Positions 32,280-47,514 of a stretch of DNA of 64,000 nt are shown piece by piece. Within the stretch, counting starts at the first letter, position 1, and every line of letters starts with the position of its first letter. This DNA is from Pachysolen tannophilus NRRL Y-2460. Lineage: Eukaryota. The notes beneath the pieces were generated by a model. It saw only the letters and a program-made list of their open reading frames with translations, did no database searches and had not been told where the DNA came from. Location: contig KV454017.1 of the NCBI GenBank assembly GCA_001661245.1, forward strand, positions 487,061 to 551,060. The letters are read 5' to 3'. The position numbers and the translations under genes were made by a program.

Positions 32280-35200
32280 ATGAGTAAGTTATGTTTACTA
32301 GCGTAATGTTTAATTTTTTTTTCTTTTTTTTTCATTTACTAACAGTTTCCTTATATATGTTTTAGAAATGAATAATGATATAATCATAGACTTGGATAGC
32401 TTCTATAGAAGCTATCGAAACTTCAAGAGTCATTATGAATTGAAAAATATTCCAGATTGCATTGAACTTAAGAGTAGTGATTCTGTTGAACATTCTTTAG
32501 ATGAATTATCGAAATTTTTATTAAAAGATTTAGCAGTGTTCCCACTTTATTATTCGTTAAGACCAATTTTCATAGAGTTAACTTCAAGATTAATTACTAA
32601 TTTAGATTTGGAGAGTGAAGAATTGCATAAACATAAGTTTAATATACCTGGTTCAATAATTTTGAACTCAATTTGTAAAGTTGTACAATTTTCCGGTGAA
32701 CTATTATTATTGGTAGAATGGTTTCTCAAAAGACAAGAGTTTTTCAAACAAATTGAAAAAAAATTGTCCAATAATGTCGCAAATCAGTTTGAGTTACAAA
32801 ACTTGTTGTTGGCTTTTTACAGGTTAATCCTTAAAGATAGACAAAAATTTGTTAATTTTGTAAATCCAAAGATTTTATACTCCATTTTAAGAAATGATAA
32901 TTCAACTTTGACCAACAAATTTCTTTCAATTCAACTCTTGTCATTATATTTACAACTTTCAGAATCACTTAAAATTGAAATGATAGAACTATATTTAAAA
33001 AATGAAGAACCAAAAGGGTATTATGAAGGTGATGAATATATTAACTATACTTTTTTATCCGTACTAGAAGCTAAGAGATTGTCAAATTTTACTAAATTAC
33101 CTCCTGCACTGACCTTATCATATGATAATAATAACAAACTCGTTATTGGGCCCGAAAATTTGAGTAAATTGGTTATTTCTGTATGTGGTATTTTACTTCC
33201 AGTTTTAAATAAAGACAATCATAATTATAAATCAGAATTTGTCCCAATAAATAAATCAATTTCACTGTTGAAAAAATTGATTTTCAATTTTAAAGAATTT
33301 ACTCCAACCATATTAATAGGAAAAGCTGGTTCAGGGAAAACTTTTTTAATAAATGAACTTTCAAAGATATCTAATCAACAAAATTCCATTATTAAGATCC
33401 ATTTAAATGACCAAACTGATGCCAAACTTTTATTGGGTACATATATTTCGGATGTCAAACCTGGGACTTTTATATGGAAAAACGGTGTCTTGACTACTGC
33501 TGTTAAAGAAGGAAGACCAGTTTTGATCGAAGACATTGATAAAGCACCAACTGAAGTGTTATCAATTTTATTAACTTTATTGGAAAAGAAAGAAATCACT
33601 ATTCCATCAAGAGGTGAGGTCATCAAAGCAGCAAATGGATTTCAATTAATTTCTACTATACGTATTGCAAACGATGCAAATGAACTGCAGATTCCTGATT
33701 TAATTGGATTGAGATTATGGAACATTATAACATTGCAACCTTTGGATTACAATGATTTAATGAGAATCTTGAGAGAAAAATACCCCTTATTGGTTAATCT
33801 TTTACCTAATTTCATCAAATTATTTTCAAAAATTATTGAAATTTACAATACGAGGAAATTCATTAGTTTAAATAAAGGTTCTAAACCTAGAGTAATAACG
33901 ACTAGAGATTTAATGAAATTCTGTGGTAGATCTAACAAATTACTAATGAATAATGGTGCTAAGTCTTCAGAGCAATTATTAACAACTGAAATTTATGATT
34001 TGCTTTTCCAGGAAGCCGTAGATTGCTTTACAAGTTCAATTGTTGAGATTACCCCATTGAATTGGATAATTAATGAAATTGGCCAGACTTTAGAAGTTCC
34101 TTCATCGAGAATTCAATTATTTTTAAATAAGAACATTCCAATTTTTGAAAATTATGATGATCATTTAAAGATTGGTAGAGCCCTTTTGAATAAATCGACT
34201 ACTTCTGCTACATTAAAGAAAGCTAGATATTCTTCTTCCTTTGCTAAAACCAATCATTCCTTAAGATTGATGGAGCAAATTGGAGTTTCAATATCGATGT
34301 GTGAGCCTGTATTGCTTGTTGGTGAGACCGGTACCGGTAAAACTACGGTGGTTCAACAAGTGGCAAAAATGCTTAATAAGAAACTAGTAGTAATCAATGT
34401 TTCCCAACAAACAGAGATTGGCGACTTATTAGGTGGTTACAAGCCAGTAAATACTAAAATAATAGCATTACCATTACAGGAATTATTTGATAATTTATTT
34501 CACAGAACTTTCAGCATTAAAAAAAATGCTCAGTTTATGGAAATACTTTCCAAATGTTTTAACAAAAATCAATGGAAAAATGTCATTAGATTATGGAAGG
34601 AAGCTGTCAAAATGGCTAAAAATCATTTATCGGAGAAGAAAAATGAAGATTTAGAAGTTGATAATAATGAGAATGGCAACAATACCCCAAAAAAGAAAAG
34701 GAAATTGGATCACAACGAAAAAAAATGGTTAATGGATCAGTGGAATGATTTTAATCTAAAAGTGCTGGACTTTGAAAAACAAGCAATTGATATTCAGAAC
34801 TCCTTTGTTTTTCAATTCATTGAAGGTTTACTAGTAAAAGCAGTAAGAAACGGTGATTGGCTATTGTTAGATGAAATAAATTTGGGTTCATCTGAGACAT
34901 TAGAAAGTATTTCAGATTTGCTATCCGAGAAACTTGAAGAGAGAAATATTTTACTTTCTGAAAAGGGGGAAATTGAGAATATCGAAGCACATACAGATTT
35001 TAGAATATTTGCATGTATGAACCCTTCTACAGATGTAGGAAAGAAAGATTTACCTGTTAATGTGAGATCAAGGTTTACTGAAATTTATGTTCATTCTCCG
35101 GATAGAGACCTAACAGATTTATTGATGATAATAGATCAATACATAGGTAAGTATTCATTGAGTGATGAATGGTGCGGAAACGATGTAGCTCAATTATACC

Positions 35201-38200
35201 TAGAAGCAAAAAGATTAGCAGAAAATAATCAAATTGTTGATGGTGCTAATAAGAAGCCGCATTTTAGTATTCGTACATTGACAAGAACATTGCTATATGT
35301 TTGCGATATTGTTTCAATTTATGGATTACGTAGATCTTTATACGAGGGTTTTTCAATGAGTTTCACAACTCTTTTAGATGCCGACTCAGAAAAAATATTG
35401 AAACCAATTATAGAGAAATATACAATTGGCAGGTTAAAAAATCAGAAATCAGTGTTGAGTCAGATACCACCAAATCCTTCATCACCAGATGATCAGTATG
35501 TTCAATTCAGACACTATTGGATGAAACATGGGCCTAATGAATTAAAACCACAACCACATTATATTATAACACCTTTTGTCGAGAAAAATATGTTGAACTT
35601 AGTAAGGGCTACTAGTGGAAGACAATTTCCAGTTTTGATTCAAGGGCCAACATCAAGTGGTAAAACCTCAATGATAAATTATTTAGCAAATATAACGGGT
35701 CACAAATTTGTAAGAATTAATAATCATGAACATACTGATTTGCAAGAATATTTGGGATCATATATAAGTGACCAGACAGGTAAATTAGTATTCAAAGAAG
35801 GAATATTGGTTGAAGCTTTAAGAAAAGGTTACTGGATTGTTTTAGATGAATTGAACTTAGCACCAACAGATGTTTTAGAAGCATTGAATAGATTATTGGA
35901 TGACAACAGAGAATTATTGATACCTGAAACTCAGGAGGTTGTTCATCCTCATCCTGATTTTATGTTGTTTGCTACACAAAATCCTCCTGGGCTTTATGGA
36001 GGTAGGAAGATTTTATCGAGAGCTTTTAGAAACAGATTTTTGGAACTACACTATGATGATATTCCACAGGATGAATTAGAAACTATATTGAAAGAAAGAT
36101 GTCAGATAGCTCCATCTTATTGTAAAAAAATAGTGGAAGTTTACAGACAGTTGACCATTCAACGACAATCTACGAGATTATTCGAGCAGAAGAACTCTTT
36201 TGCAACTTTAAGAGACTTATTTAGATGGGCTGAAAGGGAAGCCATTGGATACGATCAGTTAGCTCTGAATGGTTACATGTTGCTTGCTGAAAGAGTAAGA
36301 AGAGAAGATGAAAAGCTGCTAGTTAAGCAAGTGTTAGAGAAAGTTATGAAGGTAAAATTGAATATGGCAGAATATTATCGTAGCTTAGAAAACGAGGATT
36401 TGATAAACTCTGCGAGTGATGTTATTTGGACGAAAGCTATGCGTCGTTTATCAGTGCTAGTGATAAGTGCTTTAAGAAACAATGAACCAATATTGTTGGT
36501 CGGTGAGACCGGCTGTGGAAAGACTACAATTTGTCAATTAATTGCTGAATTTACTAAGAAAAAGTTGATAACTGTAAATGCACATCAAAATACCGAGACT
36601 GGAGATATTTTAGGTGCACAAAGGCCTATGCGTAATAGATCAGAAATACAGCAGAAGATAACTTCAAAAATTATAGAAGTTTTCAGCACTGAGGGTATTG
36701 AATATGAAAATGACGACAAGCACGATTTTGATAAACTTTATAATAAGTTTTTACTGGTTTCATCTTTTGGGAAAGTAGACTCTGCTTTGATTGATGAGAT
36801 TAAAAAATTAAACCAATCATTGCGAGTTCTTTTTGAATGGTGTGATGGTCCTTTGATTCAAGCTCTTGAAAGTGGTAATTTCTTTTTGTTAGATGAAATC
36901 TCACTAGCTGATGATGCAGTCTTGGAAAGATTAAATTCAGTATTAGAGCCAGAAAGAAGCCTTTTATTGGCTGAAAAGGGAACCACAGATGCATTAATAG
37001 TTGCCAGTGATGGATTTGAATTTTTGGCAACTATGAATCCAGGAGGTGACTACGGTAAGAAGGAATTATCCCCTGCATTAAGAAATCGTTTTACTGAAAT
37101 ATGGGTTCCATCTATGGACGACTTCGAAGATGTTAGACAAATAGTTGGAAGCAAGTTAGTACCTCAAGCAAAGAGTTTATGTAAACCTTTGGTATCATTC
37201 GCCGAATGGTATGGTAAAAAATTTGGAGGCGGAGATACATCCAATGGTGTAATTTCATTAAGAGATATCCTTGCTTGGGTTCAATTTATTAACTCATCGC
37301 TTTTCAAAATTGGAAATGCTAACCTGTGTTTGTTACATGGAGGTTGTATGGTATTTATTGATTCTCTTGGTACTAATAATACCGCTTTCTTAGCAGAGAA
37401 CGAGGAAAATTTAAGAAAACAAAAGCTTGAGTGTCTGAAAATGTTATCGGATTTGGTGAATGAGGACTTGATTAAATATTACTCAGATTCTCCTTCTGTT
37501 TCATTACAGGACAAAACACTTAAATGTGGTTTATTTGAAATACCGCGTTTACCAGATACTGAGTCATCTGCTTCTTTCAATTTAGAAGCGCCAACAACAG
37601 CTACAAACGCCATGCGTGTAGTAAGAGCCATGCAAGTTCTGAAACCGATTTTATTAGAAGGTAGTCCTGGTGTAGGAAAAACTTCGTTAATTTCCGCTTT
37701 AGCAGCAGCCACGGGCAATAAGTTAACACGTATAAATTTGTCAGAACAAACTGATTTGATTGACTTGTTTGGATCGGATGCTCCAGCAGAAGGTGGTAAT
37801 ACCGGAGAGTTTGCTTGGCGTGATGCCCCGTTTTTAAGGGCAATGCAAAAAGGTGAGTGGGTTCTATTAGATGAAATGAATCTTGCTTCTCAATCTGTAT
37901 TGGAAGGTCTAAATGCGTGTCTAGATCATAGAGGTGAGGCATATATTCCTGAATTGAATAAATCATTTAACCGTCATGAAAATTTTGTTGTTTTTGCTGC
38001 TCAAAATCCACAATATCAGGGTGGTGGAAGGAAGGGTTTGCCAAAGTCATTTGTTAATCGTTTCACAGTTGTTTATGTCAATATGTTGACTTCTGTTGAT
38101 TTAAATTTAATTTCGCATCACATATATCCAAATATTGACCCCGATATTTGTTCGAAGATGATTGAATTTATTTCTAAGTTAGAAGAAAATGTAGTTATCA

Positions 38201-41200
38201 AAAAGAAATGGGGTTCTTTGGGTTCACCATGGGAATTTAATTTGAGAGATACTTTACGTTGGTTAGAGTTGTATAATTCACCTGGTATTTCGGAATCTTT
38301 ACATCCAGGTGATTTTCTAAACATTATTGTGGAACAAAGATTTCGTTCTAAATCCGATAGAGAAGAAGTTAGAAAGTTATATCAAAGCATTTTTGGTGAA
38401 ATTCTGTTAGACAATCCTTACTATGTCATAGGAGAAAAGTTCTTACAAATAGGACGTGAAATTATTCTGAGAAAAGAATTAATTCTGTATGGCGTCAACA
38501 ACTGTCTCTTTCCATTACAGTGCACTTTGAATGTTTCAGAAACAGTCCTTACTTGTATCAATCGTTCATGGCCTTTAATTATTGTTGGGAAAACGAATTC
38601 TGGTAAAACAGAGTTGATTAAATTTATTGCGAGTGTCGTGGGAGTAAAAGTAGAAGAGTTCTCCATGAATAGTGATGTTGATAGTATGGATATCTTAGGT
38701 GGCTATGAGCAAGTTGATTTCACAAGAATTATTTCCCAATTATGTTCAGAATTACAGGAAGTTTTACTCAACTTAACGGCAATTAATTTGAGGTCTTCCA
38801 CAAGTGAACCAGCTATAATAGCACGAGTTCTTGACTTATTAAGCTACGTTACTTATAATTCAATTGACACTTCTAATTTTGGTGAACTTATGGAGAATTT
38901 GAACTCTTTTATGAATTTCACTAACAATACTGAGCTATTCAAAATTCTTGAAAAAGGAAAATCATTGTTGAAACGCATTCATGAAAACAGTGGTGTAAAG
39001 TTTGAATGGTTTGATGGCCTTTTGGTTCAAGCAGTTGAAAAGGGAAGTTGGCTTATATTGGATAACGCTAATCTCTGTAGTCCCTCTGTCTTAGATAGAT
39101 TAAACTCTTTGTTAGAGCCAAATGGGTCATTGATTATAAACGAATGTAGTGCTGAGGATGGCTTGCCCAGATGCATAAAACCACATCCAAACTTTCGGTT
39201 GTTTTTGACTATGGATCCGAAACACGGAGAACTATCCAGAGCTATGAGAAATAGAGGTGTAGAAGTATTTGTCGAAACTATTGATGAATGCGCTACCCCT
39301 TATGATCGTGAAGTTTTAGGATACGGAAGACCATATGATACAGAAAATGAAGATATAGATAATAAGCTATCACAATTGGTAATTAATGTTTCTGTGGGAA
39401 AACCAGTAAGCTCATTCTTATGCCCACTGGATTCCATTTTTAGAAGTTACTGTATATTGCTTGATGTTTTTGAGATGTCAAACGCTGCAACAAGAAACCA
39501 GCTTGTTAACATAGTAACTAGTACTTTACCATTTTCACTGCTTAGATCAATTGATAGATTTTCTGAAGTAGTTACTTTATCAACTGAATTTTTTTCATTT
39601 TTGAAAACTTTTGTTAGTGGTGTTCGAGAGCGTTATATGTTCATGGAAAAACTTGATCTTCTAAAAAACTTATACGGTTTATATGAATCTCCGTCCAAAC
39701 GTGCTGCTATGCTAGTGGGTTGTGAAATTGATTATAGCGATTATCAGACACCGAATATACTCATAAATCGTCAGTTACTTTTGTCTCTCATCGAGAAAGG
39801 AAGTAATCTCAACTCTAGCGAACATATTTATCTCTTTGAGTTGGCTTTTGGTATTTTTGAAGCCTCTTTATTGATTTCGAAGTTGGATGAAAGGGCTTCC
39901 AATTCAAAAGTTAATGAACTTAATTACTTGGAAAGGTCTGCTGCATTTAGCTGTGGAAGGAATATAAAACGTCCTCTGCGTTTAAATGTTTACAGTTTAC
40001 TTAAAGCACTCAGCAGCTACATAAGCGACACTTTTTCCACAATTTCGTCCTCTGATTTAATTTTTGAATCTGAATCATTGTATAGCTCTTTATTTGAGCT
40101 TCAAATGCTTTGGAGAAGATTCTATGAAAATTCTAAGTTCCAGGATGAATCAAAATTACGTGTATACCAAGAGTTAATTTCAAACTGGATTGAAATAAAT
40201 AAATCCAATCAATTCTTCGGTATATATTTGAAGAATTTCTTGAACGCAGTCAACGATTTCAGCCAAAAGTTGGCCTTAAAAACAGGAACATCGATAGGTA
40301 GAATTTGGGAACATTTCAGATCAGCATATCCATCTTCTGAGCAAGCTTGGATCAATAGAGAATCCATTGATAGACTTGCTGACGAATTTGATGAGGTCGC
40401 ATATGAACAATTTTCTGATTCAGCAAAAATGGTGCATGACTTACGAATTCTTATATTGCAATTATATGATGAAGCATCGACAGATGTAGAGATTTCGAGT
40501 GAATTAGTTGAAAATTTGTCCGGAAGTATTGCTCAATTGAAAGAAATTTCTTCAAAATTTTTGAATAAGAGAATTCATATTTTTGAGTTCGAATTTACGT
40601 TGTTGTTGAATTTTATGGAATGCTCTTCAATTACCAATAATGAAGATTTGGTTCTTAGTAATGATTTTTTGACCTCCAGTCTTCAATCCAAAAAACATAC
40701 TACATCCATGACTAGATATAGAAAAGAAATTTATAAACCGTACCCAATTATTTTTGACTCTCTCTGGAAGTTGAAAAATGAGGACTATATTTCATTTGTC
40801 AGAGGATTATTCATGGATGAATTTGTTGTCAGTAGTTTGAAGAAGTGTCTGAATATCACAAATATACCAGGAACTCAACTTAACCAAGCATTAGATGATA
40901 TTTCTCAGTTGGGATCATTGTTGGTTAACCAGTCATCTTCTATATTACTGGACCAGATGGAAAATTTCAAAAATTTACTCATCGGATGGGTTTCTGAGTT
41001 ATGCTCTTTACACTTATCGGTCAAAGACCTGGAAATATTGAAGTCACTACTCTTTGTCGATTCACCTAAAGATGTAAATGTTGACAAGATTTTTGAAATT
41101 ATTCAGTTCCTGAATGATGAAAATTTTATAAATATTTTTAAAAGGTTTTTTGCTCCTTCATTATGGTTGCTTCTATCAAATATCAACACTCTGGAAAATC

Positions 41201-44200
41201 TCGGTAAAGCTTGGATTTTATTCTCATGCGGTAGCATTCAATTGTTTGTTCCAAGTTTCCCACTAGACCCGGCTACTAAAGAATATGTTGAGTATGATAT
41301 ATACATGCAACAAAAAGAATTTGTTGAGACTTTCAAAGAAAGTTGGAATCAATTTTCCAAAGTATCAAATTCCATTATTGATTGTTTACCAACAATCTCT
41401 AGTGATAACATCCCTACTAAACCGCGCGTATTTAGGTCGTCATTTTCGGTTGATTCACTATTCTATGAGTGGCAAGCTTTTATGGAATCTTCGATAGATT
41501 CCGATCCTGTTCAGCGCTTACTTGATATTGCAATTGAATTCAATAAGAGTGCTATACAACAAATAGACACTTTTCAAAAGAATTCCTTCCAATTTATTTC
41601 TAGATTAGATCAATCGTATTCCAGATATGCCGACCTCAATGACATTCTTCGTGGTTATATTTTTGGTCTTAAACTAGGGTATGATTTGATTACTGTATCA
41701 AAAGTAAACTCTACAAAAGAGTCAAAATCTAAATTATTATGGCCATTACAATTGGGAAACATCACCATTGAAAATGAACTCATGCAATCATTCAGCAATG
41801 TAAGTGAATTTTGCAAGTCTCAAAGTATTACTTCTGTATCTGCTGATTATATTCTTATTTATTTCATGAAATTATATTTTGTTCAACTGAAAACTCAAGG
41901 AATGGTCTCTACAGATCTAAACTCCATCTTAGGAAATATCTTTCAAGGATTATATTACAGATGGTCTTTACGCCGTATGAAAAAAGAAGAAGAAGAAGCT
42001 ATTCAGAGTAGTATGTACAGATTTAATGATTCAACCATGGATGCTGAGCTGGAATTCAAATCATTATTTCCGGACTACGAAGATGTTATGGATCTTAAAG
42101 ATAATCATGGTGATAAAAACTCTTTTTCTACTGATGATGTTTATTTGAAATTGATGAAAACTTACATTTCTGTTTTTTTGGAAAAAGAGGATATCAGAAT
42201 CAAAGACATAATGTCTGATGGCTTGGAGCTTGTTAAAATGCTAGAGAAATCTGATAGTTTTAAAGATGGCTTTCTTGATTCTTCAGTTTTGATCGTCTTG
42301 GTGAATAAAGTTTCTAGCTCAATCGATGAGTTTTCTAAATACTCTACTGATGACATTGATTTTTACCGGGATTTTAACCCAACAGAAAGCAAAAGGGTAA
42401 TAGATATAATTGAGAAGCTTCAAGGATCGGTTCATAATTTACTATTGCAATGGCCCGATCACGCTACATTACAAAATATATTTATGGCGTCATCTGAACT
42501 TTTATCGTTTCCTTCCAATACTCCGTTAGCCAAACTAATACAGAAGTTAGAGCAAATCTACACATTTATTAGTGAATGGGAAAAGTTTTCTCACAGCAAA
42601 ATATCACTAAAATCTAATTTTGATGAAATTGCTCAATTGATTATATCATGGAGAAAATTGGAGTTACGAACTTGGAAGAGCCTCTTTGCAAATGAAGATA
42701 AAGCTATGGAGAAAAATATCGGTAAATGGTGGTTCCATTTATTCGAAACAATTATTGTTCCTATAATGGCGGAATCACAAGACGTTGAAATTGACGAAGT
42801 TAAAATACTAGCTGCTATCAATATATTTTTGAGTCAGACTACTTATGGAGAATATTTCCATCGTTTAACCTTATTGAAAGCTTTTTCTCAACACGTTAAA
42901 TTGATTTCATCTGAATTTCCAATGTACGATGCTATTTCAAACGTCATTCTTTATTACGAACAATTTTCTCCAATAATTAAGGATGAAATTGCCGTTAACA
43001 GAAAGCAATTGGAGAAAAGTATTTCTGAAATTATTCTACTTGCAAGTTGGAAAGATGTGAATGCCGATGCCCTCAAACAAAGTGCCCGTCGTTCACATCA
43101 TAGTCTTTACAAGATTGTCCGCAAATATCGTGAGTTGTTATCGAAACCTGTTTCCGTAGTTATTGAAGGTGGACTTTCTTCAAGCAAAAATATTCACGTT
43201 TCAGTCACAGAGAATTATGTTCCAAAGGCCATTAATATTGACGCCATAAGTATTAATGAAGTGTCAAATAAGATTTTACTTGAAAATCATGATCTCATCA
43301 TGATAATAAAAAAAATGGATACTTATGTCGAAAATTTTAAAGACGAGTCGTTGCCAGATATTTATGAATTTTCTAAAGATTTACTTAAAGAAACGGAATC
43401 CTTACGTAAAGAGACACCAACTCAATTATCACAGGAAAATAAGAAGGACATTGCAGCCTTAAAATCAAGAAAGAGAAAATTGATGAGTGACACTTTAAAA
43501 GAATTAAGAAGAATGGGATTAAAGACCCATCTTTCAGCCAATGTGACTAAAAAGCAATCATCAATTAATTTGATTTTAACAAAAAGCAAAACATTCAAGG
43601 AAACAAAATTGGAAGGCTCCGATCTCTTCTTTTTCCGCATTCTTGATTTATTGCCTCGTTTAAGAGCTTCTATGTCCAATGTTTCGCCAGATGTGCCTGT
43701 TACAGACGCTCAAAAAGGACTTGCAGTTATCGAAAATCTTCTTTATTCGCTAATTTCAGCACGTAAACCTTTGGTGAAGGCTTCTACTTGTGTAGATGAG
43801 ATTAACTTTTTGATGGGGTCGGTTGAAAAACTATCAGCATACAAAAAATCGGGATGTGTCTTAAAATGTTCATTGCACGAAGGACTCGCACTTACTAAAG
43901 CAGACTTCGAACATTTATCTTATTGGCTTCCGAAGATATTGGATTATGGTCTTTATGCTATTGATTCTGCTTCACGTTTAACTAAAAAATCAGTAGATAC
44001 TGATGTCTTTGTCAATGCAAAATTGAAAATAAAAGATTTTGCTTCTAATTTTCATGATATTTCGCTTTTAGGAATCATGACATCTGAAGATAGTACTTTA
44101 TTTTGCAATTTCAATAATTATCTTGTTGAATTTATTTGCGCTTTAAATGGTTGGAAGCTGAAGAATAATTCTCTTAGTTTTGTTGCTGAATTCATTTTAT

Positions 44201-47200
44201 CATGGATAGATACTGGAAAGATTTCAGAAGTTGCATCTTCTAATTATTCACAAATTCCATTTAACGCAAGTGATTTAGAAAAAGTTGAGAAGGCTTTCCG
44301 TGATTTGACTACCTCAGTTATTCTTTCTGTACAAAATATTGTATCATTGCGGAAGTCAGAGTCAATTTCCGTAGAAAACGATAATTGGTTCCTTGAATCG
44401 CAGCAGAGATTGAGTTCATATATTCAGTTGCTAAATGGAAAACGTATTAAACTGAGATTAACCAAGTGCTTAGATGTAATTTTTGAGATACAACATAACG
44501 AGATAACATCAGGGATATGTTCCACAATTTGTGCTGCTATATCACCTTTACTTTCTCACTACTCCAACTTAGCATCGTTAATTTTGAATAATGCTAAACA
44601 AAACTATATCGAAACTTCTCATTCAACATTTATTTTATCATCTATTCTTCATAAATTGGCAACAGAAGGATTTTGCTCTCCTGAACCACAACAACAGTCA
44701 AAAGAAAAGGATGACCTACAAGATGGTACCGGTTTGGGTGAAGGAGAAGGTGAAACAAATAATTCGAAAGATGTTGAGGATGATGAAGATCTTTCAGAGC
44801 ATGCACAGAAGGAAAATGAAAAGAATAAAGATGACGGCGACGACGACAACGGCGACGATGACGCCGTTAGCATTGAAGGTGACATGGCTGGCGATTTGGA
44901 GGAGGCACCTGATGCTGAAGATGATGAAAATGATGAAGATAAACTGGATGAAGATTTAGATGAAGAAATAGATGATATTGATGACTTGGATCCGAATGCT
45001 ATTGATGAAAAGATGTGGGATGAAGAGACAAAAGAAGATACTAAACAAAAGGACTCAGATAAAATGCCTCAAAATTCGAACGAAGATGATGAACTTCAGG
45101 CAATGGATGAAGAGAATGAGAAGGAAAAGAGAAATGAAACTGAGGATTTAAACAAAGATGAAGAAGCACAAGAAAATTCACAAGAGAATGATGAGAATGG
45201 AGATGAAGAAGAGCAAGAAGGAGAAGAAGAAGAAGGAGTTGGTGAACAAGAAGATGAAATCAAAAACAAAGATGACGAGAAGATGGAGGCAAATGCTGAT
45301 GAAAGTGAAGCTTTGGAACTTTCCGATGACATGCATTTGGATTCCTCTGAGGAAGATAACTCTAATGCAGAAGATTCAGAAAGTTTTGATGACAAAATGA
45401 ATTCGGATGAGGAAATAGATATGGATGAAAATAAGGAGGAGATGATGGAAAACAACGAAATTGAAGAACCTTTACCGACTGATGAAGTTAAAGCTGAGAG
45501 TGATGAAGATCATAATATTGAATCTGAAGATGAAAGAGATGATGATCAATTGAATAAGGATGAAAAAGATGAAACCATGGAAGGAGCAGAATCAGATATG
45601 GAGTTACTTGACAAAGAGGAGGAGGAAACCGAATCGAACGAAGCTAATAAAAATGAAAATGCAGCTCAAGGTTTAGAACAGTCTGGTCAACAAGATGAAG
45701 TCAAAGCTGATGAAGCATCAGCAAAACAAAAATCTGGACAAGAAGAAGAAGGAGCCAACGCGGAAACCCAAGAGGAAAAACAAGATATTGGTGCAAGTGG
45801 TACCGCCCAATTTCAACAAGACAATCAAGAGGAATCTGAAAGTAATGCGGATGAGGCTCGTGATATGGCTCGCCAATCATTAAAACAACTAGGTGATTCA
45901 TTAAAGGAATTTCATCGCCGTCGTCAAGAAATAAAAGAAGCTAGTGAACAAGATGACTTGTCAGAAAATCTGGCAAATAAGAGACCAGATGAATTTCAAC
46001 ATATTGAAGGTGAAAACACAGAATTTGATACTCAGGCATTAGGAGCTGCTAGTAAGGATCAAATTCAAACTATAAACGAGGATATGGCGGTCGACGATGA
46101 TCTTGAACAAAAAGAAGAAAATGATGCCGAGCAGGATCTAAATATGGAAGATGATAGAAAAATGGATATGGATGAAGCTCAAAATGTTGAATCTCCAGAA
46201 CTTCAAGACCCTACAGAAGATTTCAACGGGCAAAGTAAAACAGCATTTGTCGGGGACAGAAACAAATTTGACGAATTTTCCGACTTGGAGACCCTCAAAG
46301 CTGAGAACATTATTGAAGATGATACTGACTTCAAAGATGATTTAGAAATATCAAAAGATAATCATCCTGATAAAATATTCAGATCATTAGAAGAAGCTCA
46401 CGATCTTTGGAGACAAAGTGATATTGCCACACAAGAATTATCGGCAGGATTAACTGAACAGTTGCGTTTGATATTGGAGCCAACATTAGCTACGAAATTA
46501 CGTGGTGATTATAAAACTGGAAAGAGGCTTAATATGAAAAGAATAATTCCTTACATTGCGTCACAATTCCGAAAAGATAAAATTTGGTTAAGACGTACAA
46601 AACCAAGCAAACGTCAATATCAAATCATGATCGCAGTTGATGATTCTAAGTCTATGTCAGAAAGTAAATCTGTTGATTTAGCTTTCAAGAGTATTGCTTT
46701 GGTTTCAAAAGCGTTAACTCAATTAGAATCTGGTGCCTTATCTATTGTGAAATTTGGTGAATATACCGAAGTGGTACATCCTTTTGATAAGCTGTTTACT
46801 GCTGATACTGGTGCTAAGATATTCCAAAGCTTCGATTTTGGTCAGACGCGTACCGACATTAAAAAATTGGTTAGCCAATCCATCAAATTATTTGATGATG
46901 CTCGTGCTTCAGGCAATTCGGATTTATGGCAGTTGGAAATCATATTATCAGATGGTGTTTGTGAAGATCATGAAACTGTTCAAAGATTAGTCAGAAGAGC
47001 AAGAGAAAATAAGATAATGCTTGTTTTTGTAATCATAGATGGTATTAACTCTAGTGAATCAATATTAGACATGAGTCAAGTAAGCTACGTTCCTGATGCA
47101 AGCGGAAAAATGGTTTTAAAAGTTGATAAATATTTAGACACTTTTCCATTTGAATTCTACGTTGTTGTTCATAATATTAATGAGTTGCCAGAAATGCTTG

Positions 47201-47244
47201 CAATTATATTGCGTCAATACTTTTCTGAATTAGCATCAATGTGA
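32280..47244 (+). CDS. MDN1: midasin / Rea1 AAA+ ATPase for 60S maturation; exon 1 coding part ATGA (32280-32283), exon 2 32366-47244
   Basis: Six AAA modules (Walker A GKAGSGKT, GETGTGKT, GPTSSGKT, GETGCGKT, GSPGVGKT, GKTNSGKT), long linker, D/E-rich region, C-terminal MIDAS/VWA (DDSKSM, SDG); about 4960 aa. Confidence 0.97.
32284..32365 (+). other. spliceosomal intron at the MDN1 start (82 nt)
   Basis: ATGA|GTAAGT ... poly-T ... TACTAAC (32337-43) ... TTTTAG|AA ATG. The spliced product ATG AAA ATG AAT is in frame. Confidence 0.85.
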
Positions 47245-47514
47245 TATATATCCACATTCATCGCCCACAGAGGCTCATGTTCAATTATATATATTTTTCG
47301 TTTTTTTCTATTTTTGATATTTTTATTCAACTGCATTGTTTGTATATTGGTTTATTAAGTTTATATTGTATTTTAGGAATAAACAATTTGCATATTATTA
47401 ATACAGCAAGCTGATATAAAAATTATTAGTTCAGCTTTGAAGAAAATGAATTAAAAAAAAAAAAAAAAATATAGAAAAATCTTAATTATAAACATAAATG
47501 AAGTCTCTTTATTC

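Noticed and set aside
25147..47244. CUG=Ser (Candida-type) or standard CUG=Leu code
   Set aside because: The informative positions in RTC5, MDN1, ECM4 and the coiled coils fit Ala better than Ser, and I saw no CTG at a clearly conserved Leu. Ser is not formally excluded without alignment statistics.
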